Translations under genes and position numbers: made by a program
Origin: Candidatus Hydrogenedentota bacterium
Lineage (GTDB): Bacteria > Hydrogenedentota > Hydrogenedentia > Hydrogenedentales > SLHB01
Direction: 5' to 3'
Assembly (NCBI GenBank): GCA_963745075.1
Contig: CAVUWV010000027.1
Location: 184,969 to 248,968 of the forward strand
Length of the DNA: 64,000 nt
The notes under the pieces: generated by a model
Told to the model about the DNA's origin: nothing
Database searches by the model: none
What the model saw: only the letters and a program-made list of their open reading frames with translations
Part shown: positions 40,645 through 50,646 of the stretch, in pieces
Position numbering within the stretch: the stretch's first letter is position 1
Layout of the letters: each line of letters starts with the position of its first letter

Positions 40645-42795
40645 ATGGGATCCTGGAGCATCACCTTTGCGAACACGGCCTTACTCGCGGCGGGTCTTGC
40701 GTTGGTCGTGCCCTACCTCGTGCATCTGCTGACGCGCCGCACGCCGCGGCGTCTGGTGTTTCCCACGGTGCAATTCATCCGCAAGGCGGAAGCGAGTCAT
40801 TCGGCCCTATTTCGACTGCGGGATATCCTGCTTCTGCTGGTTCGAACCGCGTTCGTCGCACTGCTTTTCCTCACCTTTCTGAAACCGGTGCTTCGCGCTC
40901 AGGCATCGCGGGAGGAAATGAGCGGACGGCGAGCCGCGATCGTCATACTGGATCGCTCGCTCAGTATGGGATACGCCGGGACCGGGTTTACCCCCTTTGC
41001 GCGCGGCCAACTCGCGGCGGCGAAGATCGTAGACAGTCTCGGCGGCGGGGACGTGGCAAATCTTATATTGGCCGGCGTAACCTCGACTACATCGTTCACG
41101 GCGCCCGCGGCGAACAAGTACAGTCTCAGGAGCGATCTTCGAGAAGCGCGACCGACGCTGGAACGCGCCGATTTTGACGCCGCGATCGCGGAAGCCGTAC
41201 AGCAACTGAACGCAGTGCCGGACCGTACCGGCGCCATTTACTTTGTCTCGGATTTCCAACGTTCCAACTGGGCGGCCGTTAATTTCGGCGCGATACCCGA
41301 GAACGTCGAGACGACCTTTGTGCCCGTGTCTGAGGAACACCCCTGGAATCTCGCCGTGACGGAAGTATCGGTCGAACCCCCGTCGCCGGTGGTATCCGAA
41401 GACCTCGAAATCATCTGCCGCATCGCAAACTACGGAGACGTGGCCGCCGCCGTTCCGGTCACGCTCGAACTACGAGAAGCCGGTTCGGAGGACGCGACGA
41501 CGTTGGAGCGTAAAGTGGACCTGCCAGCCGGCGACACGGCATCGGTGAGTTTTCGGATGCGGTCCCATGAGCGCGGAGACTTCGAAGGCATGGTCCGTAT
41601 CGGGTCGGACGGGCTGGCCGCAGATGACACCCGATTCTTTGCCTTCCATATCAGCGACCGAATCGATATCGCCTTGCTCACGGACGAATCAGAGGCGTCT
41701 GTCGAGACGGGCGGCATGTTTCTGGAGCGCGCCATCGATCCGATTCAACAAGTGGCCGGAACGGAGAGGAACCATGCTTCCGGCACCTTTCGTATCGAAC
41801 GGATGACGCCGCAGCAATTTGCGAGCGCGCCACCGGCCGGCGTGCAACTGGTCGTAATCTATAACGTGAGCGCCTTTGGAGAAACGGCCGCGACCGCGCT
41901 TACGCAATATCTACAAGACGGTGGTTCGATTGTTTACTTTCTTCGAGACCCGGCGGACGGCGTCAATCTGACGGCATTGGGAACGGCTACCAACCGCGAA
42001 ATCCAGATTCCATTCTCCCTGGGTTCCACTGTAGACCATTCTGCGGGCGGCGACGTGGAGTATGCGACCTTTGCCGAGGCGAATTTCGACGATCCCATGC
42101 TGCGCCGGTTCCGTGAGAGTGGCGACATCGGTGCGGCGCATTTCTACCGGCTCTTCTCGACCCAGCGAATCGGCGGTCAAGGCCAAATTCTGATTCGATA
42201 CAGCGACGGCAACATCGCGCTGGCGCGCACGACGTACGGGGCGGGTTCGTTGTTGCTCTGCAACGTTGACTTGTCCCGGGCGGGAAGCGATCTCGCCGCG
42301 AAGACGGTATTCGTGCCGTTGGTGCAGGAACTGCTCAAAGCCATGCGGCCCCACGAAACGCGCGCACGCAAACACACGGTCGGATTCGCCGCGTTGTCCA
42401 GCGCCGTTCAACTTCCAACGGAAGGCGACCTCCGGTTTACAGAACCGACGGGAGAAGCCGTTACTGCGAGCGTCGAGCGGGTTGGTGACGCGGCGACGAT
42501 CGCCTTTCCCCAGACGCCGGCGCCGGGGTTCTATCGCGCGTTCGCAGGGGACCAGCAACAGGCTTCGGTTGCGGTGAACGTCGATGAACGGGAAAGCGAT
42601 CTCGAACACCTCGCCGACAACCAGATGCGTGAACTGGTGCAAAGCAGCCGCCATCGATTCGCGGCGGTAGACGGCAGGGATCCCGAATCCGTTCGGCGTT
42701 ACCTGGAAGGCGTCTCCTTGTGGCCGTATCTGCTCGTTGGGGCCTTGATTGTGTTGGCGATCGAACAACTCTTGCTGATTGCGTTGAGGCGGTGA
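40645..42795 (+). CDS. BatA N-terminal double-TM + VWA domain protein
   Basis: PYLVHLLTRR...FPTVQFI, ILDRSLSM (MIDAS), VSDFQ, AVNVDERESDL, C-terminal TM. Confidence 0.88.
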   Translation: MGSWSITFANTALLAAGLALVVPYLVHLLTRRTPRRLVFPTVQFIRKAEASHSALFRLRDILLLLVRTAFVALLFLTFLKPVLRAQASREEMSGRRAAIVILDRSLSMGYAGTGFTPFARGQLAAAKIVDSLGGGDVANLILAGVTSTTSFTAPAANKYSLRSDLREARPTLERADFDAAIAEAVQQLNAVPDRTGAIYFVSDFQRSNWAAVNFGAIPENVETTFVPVSEEHPWNLAVTEVSVEPPSPVVSEDLEIICRIANYGDVAAAVPVTLELREAGSEDATTLERKVDLPAGDTASVSFRMRSHERGDFEGMVRIGSDGLAADDTRFFAFHISDRIDIALLTDESEASVETGGMFLERAIDPIQQVAGTERNHASGTFRIERMTPQQFASAPPAGVQLVVIYNVSAFGETAATALTQYLQDGGSIVYFLRDPADGVNLTALGTATNREIQIPFSLGSTVDHSAGGDVEYATFAEANFDDPMLRRFRESGDIGAAHFYRLFSTQRIGGQGQILIRYSDGNIALARTTYGAGSLLLCNVDLSRAGSDLAAKTVFVPLVQELLKAMRPHETRARKHTVGFAALSSAVQLPTEGDLRFTEPTGEAVTASVERVGDAATIAFPQTPAPGFYRAFAGDQQQASVAVNVDERESDLEHLADNQMRELVQSSRHRFAAVDGRDPESVRRYLEGVSLWPYLLVGALIVLAIEQLLLIALRR

Positions 42796-42798
42796 ACG

Positions 42799-45051
42799 AT
42801 GTGGCGCGGAATTACATTCGATCCACCGTTTCCGGCCCCGGCCATTCTCGGAGCGGGCCTTATACTCGGTGCACTTGTTGTTTGGGTCTACATCCGTGCC
42901 CAGGGCCGGCTCGGCCCCATCCGCCGGACGTTGTTCCTGCTGATCCGCCTCCTCGCCGTGGCGGGGCTCGTCGTGGTCCTGTTGCGTCCTATGCGGACCG
43001 AGCCGGCGGCGGCCAGCACCGGGAAACCGTTGTTCGCCGTTGTCGTCGATACCTCGGCGAGCATGGCAACCGCGGATGCCGGCGGTACGTCACGGTATGA
43101 GGCTGTCGCTTCCTCGTTGCGCGACCATCAGGGCGATCTGCGGACGCGGCTGGGGTCCGACTACGATGTGCGGTTCTTTACCTTTGATAAGACCCTTCAG
43201 CCTGCGTCACCGGAAGCGGTTCTAAATCCCGCCGCGCCGCAAGGCGCGGGCACCGATGTGGGTTCGGCGTTGCTCGAGTTGGCGGCGTCTGTGGAAGGCA
43301 AGCCGAGCGCGGGCGCCTTATTGATATCCGATGGACGAGACAACGCCGAAGGCGCCATCCAGCAGGCGGCGTTGCATCTGAAGAGTCAAAAGACGCCGGT
43401 CTGGACGATTCCGATCGGCAGTGATACGCAAACCAAGGATCTTTACGTCACTGCCCGGCTGAACCAAAGCTTTCTGTTTGTCGATCAACCCGCCAAGTTG
43501 AAGGTCACGCTGTCGCAATCCGGATTCAACGACTGGTATGCCGAGGTGAACCTCTTCCGCGACGGAGAACCCGCCGGTTCGCAACAGGTCATGTTGGATG
43601 GCAGTACCGCCACGGCAGATTTCCCGATTCAGGAAGACCACAAAGGAACGTTTCGCTACTCCGTCCAGGTAACGCCGCTGCCGGACGAAGCCGACACGGA
43701 GAACAACAAACGCACCGTGTTTGCGCGGGTGGTGGATGAGAAGAGCCGCGTGCTATTCGTCGAAGCCAAGCCGTATTGGGACAGCAAATTCCTGCTCCGA
43801 GTGCTGCAACGGGATCCGAATCTCGAAGTGACCTCGGTGTTTCAGGTTACGGCCGACAAGATCTTTGGGCTTACCGAAAAGGCCACGGACGACCCGAATA
43901 CCAAGACCGAAGTGGCGCAAGGCGTGTACCTGCCGTCCACCAAGGAGGAATGGTTCCAGTACGACTGCATCATCTTTGGGAGAGGAATCGATTCGCTTTT
44001 CACTTCCGAGCAGCTCCGGATTCTGCGCGAGTATCTCACCGAGCGGGGCGGCAGCGTCGTCTTCGCGCGCGGGCGAGCCTACAGTTTTGAAAATGAAATG
44101 CTGGAAGCGCTTGAGCCGGTCGATTGGTCCAGCAACGTCGTACGTCGTGCGCGTATTGAGCTGACGCCGGAAGGCGAGGACAGTCCGCTCTTTGCCTTTG
44201 GACGTTCAACGTCGCCGGACTTCGTCCTCCGCGAATTGCCGGAAATGGTGAGCGTGACAAAAGTCGAGAAGGAGAAGTCGTTATCGGTGGTGCTTGCGCG
44301 CGTGGCCGAAACCGAAGATCCCGGCGTTGACCTCGGGGCCAAGATCGCGGCGATCTCGTACCAGCGGTATGGGCGCGGCAAGGTCATGAGTATCGGGACC
44401 ACCGGCCTGTGGCGCTGGGCATTCATGCCGCCGGAGTTGAAGGAATACGACGACATCTATTCGCGATTCTGGAGCCAGATGATGCGCTGGCTCATCTTTG
44501 ATTCGGACTTCTTGCCGGGCCAGGATATCTCTTTCCGGGCGAATCAGTATGCGTACAACATGGGCGACCGCGTTCTCTTCACCGTCCGCACGCAATTCGT
44601 CAACACGGAAGCCTTCAAGCCGCAAGTCACGATCCATGAGCCCGACGCGGGCGAGACCGTCATTGATTTGAACCCCAAGGAGGATAATCCGAATACCTTC
44701 TCGGCGTATTACCAACCGAGCCAGGAGGGCGAATTCGAGGCCACGATGCGCAGCACGGTCGGCGAACCCCGGGATGCGGCGGAACGGTTCACCGTGTATT
44801 CGGACAACGTTGAAAACCGCTTTGTGGCCGCCGATCCCGAACTTTTGCGGCAGATTTCGTCTGTGACCGGCGGGGAAACGCTTTCTCTCGATAACCTTAG
44901 CTCCCTGCCGGAACGGGTGCGCGATTTCGAGCGGCAATCGCAGGAAAAGACCAAACCCCGCGACGCGTGGGATACCTTGAACGTGTTCGTGGTTCTGATG
45001 GGATTGTTTGCGTTTGAATGGTTCGCGCGCCGGCGGACGGGGCTAGTGTGA
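42799..45051 (+). CDS. VWA + glutamine-amidotransferase-like membrane protein
   Basis: VVDTSASM, LISDG, YGRGKV...WRW, FWSQMMRWL, C-terminal EWFARRRTGLV. Confidence 0.85.
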   Translation: MWRGITFDPPFPAPAILGAGLILGALVVWVYIRAQGRLGPIRRTLFLLIRLLAVAGLVVVLLRPMRTEPAAASTGKPLFAVVVDTSASMATADAGGTSRYEAVASSLRDHQGDLRTRLGSDYDVRFFTFDKTLQPASPEAVLNPAAPQGAGTDVGSALLELAASVEGKPSAGALLISDGRDNAEGAIQQAALHLKSQKTPVWTIPIGSDTQTKDLYVTARLNQSFLFVDQPAKLKVTLSQSGFNDWYAEVNLFRDGEPAGSQQVMLDGSTATADFPIQEDHKGTFRYSVQVTPLPDEADTENNKRTVFARVVDEKSRVLFVEAKPYWDSKFLLRVLQRDPNLEVTSVFQVTADKIFGLTEKATDDPNTKTEVAQGVYLPSTKEEWFQYDCIIFGRGIDSLFTSEQLRILREYLTERGGSVVFARGRAYSFENEMLEALEPVDWSSNVVRRARIELTPEGEDSPLFAFGRSTSPDFVLRELPEMVSVTKVEKEKSLSVVLARVAETEDPGVDLGAKIAAISYQRYGRGKVMSIGTTGLWRWAFMPPELKEYDDIYSRFWSQMMRWLIFDSDFLPGQDISFRANQYAYNMGDRVLFTVRTQFVNTEAFKPQVTIHEPDAGETVIDLNPKEDNPNTFSAYYQPSQEGEFEATMRSTVGEPRDAAERFTVYSDNVENRFVAADPELLRQISSVTGGETLSLDNLSSLPERVRDFERQSQEKTKPRDAWDTLNVFVVLMGLFAFEWFARRRTGLV

Positions 45052-45108
45052 TATAGTGGAGATGGTGGCAAAACCCACGGCGAATGTGCCGGCAGCAAGA
45101 CAGGCGAC

Positions 45109-47937
45109 ATGTCCAGTCACGCACTAACACTTCGACAACGGCTGCACGAATTCTCGCAATCCCGTCGGCGGCAGGTCGGTAAGCTGGCGCTGGTGCGCGT
45201 CCTGTGGGTTACGGCATTGGGCGCCGTGGGGCTCGTGTATCTGGACGTGCTCCTGATCCTGCCGGTTGAAGCGCGCTTTGCGCTGCTGGGACTGGTGCTG
45301 GTCACGCTGCTCGTCGTCGGGGTGTTGACCTATTGGCGCCACACGCGTTCCGTTTCGGAGGAACGGCTCATCGCGCGGCTGGTCGAGCAAGGCACGCCCG
45401 ATCTCCACAACGACGTGGTCAATGCCGTCGATTTCGAAGAAGCCCTTTCCGGGAGCGTCTGGCCGGATCTTTCCACCGATCTCATGGACCACGAAATCCA
45501 TCTGGCCGCAGACCGGGTGTCCGCGATTCGGCGGGTGGAAACCCTGCGCCCACCATCCCTGCGCGGCGAAACGCGCATTCTGGCCGGGTTACTCGTTCTA
45601 TTCGCTGCGATTGCGTTTCTGTTTGCCGGAGTATTCGGCGCGGTATTGCCCCGCTACCTGGACCCGTGGGGCGATCATCCCCCGTACAGTCCCACCCGGT
45701 TTACCGTAGAACCGGGAGACGCCACCGTCGAATATGGCGCGAATCAGATCGTGCGAGTCACGACTGGAGGAAAGACGCCGAGTGAGATGCGCCTGGTATT
45801 GGAAGCGCCCGACGGTACTCCCGTAAGTATGCTCCCTATGTTGGATTCCGGGGACGGCACCTTCTTTCAGACCGTCGAAAGCGTGCATTCGGACTTCACT
45901 TACTACGCGGAAATCCCTCGCGGACGGAGCAAGCGATTTTCGCTGGCACTCAGCCGAACACCGCGGATTGACTCCGTCGCCGTGACCTACCAATACCCGG
46001 AATACACACATCTCGCCTCGAAGTCGCGATTGTTATCCACGAGCGACGCAACGCTGACGGCGTACAAAGGCACGAAAGTCCGGCTCGACATTGCCTCCAA
46101 CCGGCCACTGGAAGGCGGCCCCGTGACGGTCGGCGACAAGGATCTGTCATTGAAACGCGGCAACGATGAAACGACTGCCACGGTGGAATTCCCTATCGAG
46201 CGGTCCGGCGCGATTATGGCCAAGTTGATCGATGTCGAGGGGTTCGAAAGCAACGACGTGTTCGAGGGGAAGATTGAAGTAACCCCGGACAAACCGCCCG
46301 AGGTGGATATTGTATCTCCGGGAAAACAATCTTTCGCGATTCCGGACGCAAAGGTGCCGATCGTCATCGAAGCGCGCGACGACCTGGGTATCAAGCGCAT
46401 TACCCTCGTTCGCAGTCTCAACCAATCCGCGGATGACCGCAAGGAAGAATATACCGGTACCGGCCACGACGCGTTCGCGAATGTGAGCGAACTATTGGAC
46501 ATGGGCGACCTAGGCGTTCGGCCCGGCGATGTCATCGAGTATTATGCGACCGCCACCGACACCCTCCCGGATTCGCCGCAGACGGCGACTACGCCGGCGT
46601 TTCAGATCGCCATCATCTCGGAGGAAGACTACCGCAACTTTATGCAGGAACAAATGACCGCGGACGATCTGAAGGCGAAATACGACGCGATCCGGAACCA
46701 GTTGGAAGCGCTGTCCAAGGAACAACAAGCCGTCGCCGATGAAACGAAAGCGCTGGAACAGAAACTCGTCGACAGCGGAAATCTCTCCGACGAAGAGCAG
46801 CAGCGGCTCGAAGAATTGCAGAAACAACAAGGGGAGCTTGCCGAGAACACGGGCGATCTTGCGAAGAAGCTGAGGGAAGAGGCACAAAGTCCTGAAATAT
46901 ACGATATCGAGAAGGAGTACAAGGAGGCCCTTCACGCAATGGCCGAGCGCCTGGACAAGGCGCAACAGGAAATGCAGGCCGGACAAAAGGATCTCCAATC
47001 TGCCGCTACGCCGCAATCGATGCAACAGGCCATGACGCATCAGCAGTCGGCGCTCGACCAACTCGGTCGGAACGAGCAGCAGTTTCAAGACGAGATCCAG
47101 CGGCAGAATGAGGATTTGGCGAAGGTCTACAAACTCATGGGCGACGTGGAACGTTTCAAGCAGTTATATGGTGAACAGCAGATGCTTGAACGCGAAGCTC
47201 GGACGTACAAAGACGAGACGAATCCGGATTTGGACGAGCGAATCCGCTTGAAGGAATTGTCCGAGAATCAGGACCAGACACGGGATGCATTGGAGCAGTT
47301 GAAGCAGGACCTGCGGGACCACGCCCAGGAAATCGAGCCCGACTATCCGCAAGTCGCCGGGGACGCGCGGCAGATCGCAAACACGATGGAATCCTTGGAG
47401 ATTCCGGGGACAATGGAAAGCGCGGCCGGCCATCTTTCCGCCGCCGAGGCGCCCCAGGGGCACGCCGATGCGCGGGAAGCGCTCGATGCCATGGAGTCGA
47501 TGATCAGCTTCTGCCAGGCGACCCAGGCGCAGGGGCAGAGTCAGTGCGAGTTGCGATTGAAGATTCGGATGATGACGAAGCCGGGCAATACGCTGGCCCA
47601 ACTCGGAAAGGGCCTCGGGGGCGCGCCCAGCCTCGGCCAGGGGATGGGGCAGGGTCAAGGCGGCGGGATGGGCATGAGTTCCACCGCGTTCAATCTGTAT
47701 GGCAACGATCCCTTCGGTGACCCGTCCATGCAGGAGAACCCGTATTCGACCCGCCGGATGCACGATGCACAGGCCATGCCCGTGCCTTCGGAGCAGATGG
47801 CCGGGAGCTTTGAGGAACTGGGCGCGTCCAAGGCGGATGCGTTGGATTTGGACGCCTCCGGCGGTGAGCACATCGTCGAGGAATACCGGCCCCTGATCGA
47901 GGCGTATTTCCGGGGGCTTCAGGAGGACGGGTCATGA
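45109..47937 (+). CDS. Membrane-anchored Ig-like/coiled-coil protein (DUF4175-like)
   Basis: N-terminal TMs, YPEYT, DKPPEV, ARDDLGI, long Q/E coiled coil, C-terminal EEYRPLIEAYF. Confidence 0.8.
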   Translation: MSSHALTLRQRLHEFSQSRRRQVGKLALVRVLWVTALGAVGLVYLDVLLILPVEARFALLGLVLVTLLVVGVLTYWRHTRSVSEERLIARLVEQGTPDLHNDVVNAVDFEEALSGSVWPDLSTDLMDHEIHLAADRVSAIRRVETLRPPSLRGETRILAGLLVLFAAIAFLFAGVFGAVLPRYLDPWGDHPPYSPTRFTVEPGDATVEYGANQIVRVTTGGKTPSEMRLVLEAPDGTPVSMLPMLDSGDGTFFQTVESVHSDFTYYAEIPRGRSKRFSLALSRTPRIDSVAVTYQYPEYTHLASKSRLLSTSDATLTAYKGTKVRLDIASNRPLEGGPVTVGDKDLSLKRGNDETTATVEFPIERSGAIMAKLIDVEGFESNDVFEGKIEVTPDKPPEVDIVSPGKQSFAIPDAKVPIVIEARDDLGIKRITLVRSLNQSADDRKEEYTGTGHDAFANVSELLDMGDLGVRPGDVIEYYATATDTLPDSPQTATTPAFQIAIISEEDYRNFMQEQMTADDLKAKYDAIRNQLEALSKEQQAVADETKALEQKLVDSGNLSDEEQQRLEELQKQQGELAENTGDLAKKLREEAQSPEIYDIEKEYKEALHAMAERLDKAQQEMQAGQKDLQSAATPQSMQQAMTHQQSALDQLGRNEQQFQDEIQRQNEDLAKVYKLMGDVERFKQLYGEQQMLEREARTYKDETNPDLDERIRLKELSENQDQTRDALEQLKQDLRDHAQEIEPDYPQVAGDARQIANTMESLEIPGTMESAAGHLSAAEAPQGHADAREALDAMESMISFCQATQAQGQSQCELRLKIRMMTKPGNTLAQLGKGLGGAPSLGQGMGQGQGGGMGMSSTAFNLYGNDPFGDPSMQENPYSTRRMHDAQAMPVPSEQMAGSFEELGASKADALDLDASGGEHIVEEYRPLIEAYFRGLQEDGS

Positions 47938-48605
47938 GTACCGGCGCGAAGGGTAAGTGTCTTTTGCTGGCCGCGGTGTCCGTCGTGTTGATGGGGGCCG
48001 TGGGGCCCGCGACATCGAAACGGGACGAGCTGGTCCGCTGCGCCAACCTGATCTACGCGGGTTCGAAGAGTTCCGTGTGTTTTAGCGACAAGTTTCTCGA
48101 CGATGTGCGCGATACGACCATGATTGACGCGGATGAAGGATTCACCCCCGTTAAATTATCCACGGAGGATGTGTTCAATTATCCCTTCGCGATCATGAAC
48201 GGAGAGGGCGACTTCTCGTTGTTCGAAGACGAACGCACGATGCTGAAGTCGTATCTCACGCGAGGCGGCTTCTTGTTGGCCTCGGCGGGGTGTTCGTCGC
48301 GGGAGTGGGACCGGTCGTTCCGGCGGGAATTCAAGGCCATGTTTCCGGACCACGAACTGCAAAAGATCCCGATGGACCACCCCATATTCCGGACCGTCTA
48401 CAACATCGAACGAATTCGTCTGAAGAACGGCGGCACCACCTTGCTCGAAGGACTCGAATTGGACGGCCGCATCGTGCTGATCTATTCGTCCGAGGGTCTG
48501 AACGACACGGGAAACGTTCAGGGCTGTTGCTGCTGCGGCGGCAACGAGATCAAGAATTCAAAGGACATCAACACGAACATCATTACGTATGCGCTCACCC
48601 ATTAG
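47934..48605 (+). CDS. DUF4159 domain protein
   Basis: YPFAIMNGEG...YLTRGGFL...IPMDHPIF; ATGA overlap; GCCCCGG motif. Confidence 0.82.
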   Translation: MSTGAKGKCLLLAAVSVVLMGAVGPATSKRDELVRCANLIYAGSKSSVCFSDKFLDDVRDTTMIDADEGFTPVKLSTEDVFNYPFAIMNGEGDFSLFEDERTMLKSYLTRGGFLLASAGCSSREWDRSFRREFKAMFPDHELQKIPMDHPIFRTVYNIERIRLKNGGTTLLEGLELDGRIVLIYSSEGLNDTGNVQGCCCCGGNEIKNSKDINTNIITYALTH

Positions 48606-48612
48606 GACGTTC

Positions 48613-49611
48613 ATGACTTCTCAACACCGGATGCGTAGCGGTGCGGGTGTCCTCGCGGTAGGTCTGTTCGTTATGTGCGGGCTGCTCGCAGGCTGCCAGC
48701 CGAAGGCGACCCCCGCGCCGGCCGTTGAACCGCCGGACGCGTTGTCGATCTTCTATACCTGCGACACGCGGGGCCATATCAGTCCCTGCAATTGTACCGC
48801 GGGCGTGGCGGGCGGTATCGCGCGGCGGAAGACCTACATCGACGAGAACCGCCCGGCGGATGCCATCGTCGTGGACGCGGGCGACGTGACAGCGGGCCCG
48901 CGAGAGTGGGAGCTGTTGGAATTTGAATACATTCTTAAAGGCTACGAAGCGATGGGCTACGATGCGGTGAACATTGGCGCGCGAGAGGCATCGTTTCCGG
49001 TGGAAACGCTTCGCAAACTCCGTGAGGAGCACGCGTACTTCGTGTCGGCCAACGTCGAGGACACATCAGGCCACTTAATTTTTGAACCGTACCGCATTGT
49101 GACGCTGTCGACCGGGTACCGCGTGGGGATTCTCGGCATTGTAGAGGATACCCTGTTACCCGACGAGATCGGGCAGGGCGTGCGCATTACCCCGCCCGAC
49201 GAAGCGTTGGAAAACGTGTTGCCCCGTGTGGAAGATGCGAGCGACTTCATCGTGCTATTGGCGTTTGTGAACGAAGCCACGATGAAAGCGCTGGCGGAAC
49301 GATTTTTTGAATTGGACGTGGTTGTTGGCGGCAACGTCAAACAGCCGTCAGGGACGCCGCTCGCAGTGAACCGGTCGATTGTCGCGTATAACACGGAAAA
49401 AGGAAAATCCGTGGGACGGATGGACCTCCGCTTCATTGACGGGAAGGCCGTGGTGGCGGATAACCAATTTGAAATGCTGCTGGACACGGTTCCCGACGAT
49501 CCGGAAATGGTCAACTTAGTTGACAAACTTCGATTGGAACAGGTTCGCAACAACTACCCAACCGAGAAAGACGATGAAGAAGGCTTATCCAAGATTTCCA
49601 ATTCGCAGTAA
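48613..49611 (+). CDS. Lipoprotein, 5'-nucleotidase/metallophosphoesterase N-domain-like
   Basis: Lipobox LAGC; TCDTRGHISPCNC...GGIARR, VDAGD, YDAVNIGARE, FVSAN. Confidence 0.75.
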   Translation: MTSQHRMRSGAGVLAVGLFVMCGLLAGCQPKATPAPAVEPPDALSIFYTCDTRGHISPCNCTAGVAGGIARRKTYIDENRPADAIVVDAGDVTAGPREWELLEFEYILKGYEAMGYDAVNIGAREASFPVETLRKLREEHAYFVSANVEDTSGHLIFEPYRIVTLSTGYRVGILGIVEDTLLPDEIGQGVRITPPDEALENVLPRVEDASDFIVLLAFVNEATMKALAERFFELDVVVGGNVKQPSGTPLAVNRSIVAYNTEKGKSVGRMDLRFIDGKAVVADNQFEMLLDTVPDDPEMVNLVDKLRLEQVRNNYPTEKDDEEGLSKISNSQ

Positions 49612-50386
49612 GGCCGTCCTTTGCGCGTTCTCAGGACTTTTGCTCGTCGTGGGCATGCAGGCCGCGGCCGAGGAGGAGGCCATCGCGTGGCGGTCCTCGT
49701 ATGACGAAGGCATGGCCGAAGCAGCGGCCGCCGACAAGCCGGTGTTGATCGATTTCACGGCGGACTGGTGTATCTGGTGCAAAAAGATGGAAGAGGAAGT
49801 TTACTCCGACGCGGACGTGGTCTCCGTGCTTCAAGATTTCGTATGCATCCAGGTCGATACAGATAGAGATCCGCGCGTGGCCATCGCATATGGCGCTCGG
49901 ACGTTGCCGCGCCTCGTGATCCTCAACACGTTTGGGGAGATTACGGTCGACCGTAACGGGTATCTGCCGGTGGAAGGTTTTTTGGACGCCGTTGCGGACG
50001 GCCGCGCGAGGGCCCACGAAAAGCTCGACGCTAACGCGGTTCCTGAGATTAAGCCGATAGAAACGCCGTCGCAGACGGTGGAACGCGCACTGGCCGAATC
50101 AGAGGCGGACCGGGACCAAGTCGTGCTGAAGCTGCTTTCCGATCCGAATCCCGAGGTTCGCGAGAAGGCCGTCGAGCGCTTGAAATCCAACGAATCGGAT
50201 GCGGTTCCGCTCTTGGTGGCGGGTCTTTCTCATCCAAACCTCGGCACGCGCATCACGTCGTGGGAAGCACTCCGGGCGTGGGGCATCGACCCGGCGCCCT
50301 ACGACCCGTGGGCGTCGCGGGCGGACCGGGCAAAGTCGGCCGCGAAATGGCAGGCATGGTTGGCCAAACAGCCCGCTCGGCACTGA
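49574..50386 (+). CDS. Exported thioredoxin-family protein with C-terminal HEAT repeat
   Basis: KPVLIDFTADWCIWCKKM; LLSDPNPEVREKA. Confidence 0.85.
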   Translation: MKKAYPRFPIRSKAVLCAFSGLLLVVGMQAAAEEEAIAWRSSYDEGMAEAAAADKPVLIDFTADWCIWCKKMEEEVYSDADVVSVLQDFVCIQVDTDRDPRVAIAYGARTLPRLVILNTFGEITVDRNGYLPVEGFLDAVADGRARAHEKLDANAVPEIKPIETPSQTVERALAESEADRDQVVLKLLSDPNPEVREKAVERLKSNESDAVPLLVAGLSHPNLGTRITSWEALRAWGIDPAPYDPWASRADRAKSAAKWQAWLAKQPARH

Positions 50387-50392
50387 AGAACG

Positions 50393-50427
50393 AATCGGCC
50401 TTGGCACGTGAAGCGCCAAGGCCGATT
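50393..50427. terminator. 13-bp hairpin closing the MoxR operon
   Basis: AATCGGCCTTGGC-N9-GCCAAGGCCGATT directly after the stop, between convergent genes; no U tract. Confidence 0.55.
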
Positions 50428-50646
50428 GCCCAATCCTCGTGCAAAAGAATCCGGATTCCACGTCAGGCGGAAATCCTAAAAAGCCACTTCCATCCGTGGT
50501 CCCGCACGGACGGTCGAATACACCGCGCCAGGAAAACTCAATTGCGAGTTGGGGGCCTTAGGCGCGTCGCACGCAAGGTACCGCGCCCGGTGTAAGTATA
50601 TCTAATAACATAATACTAGGCTATGCGATATCCTGTCAAGTGACGA

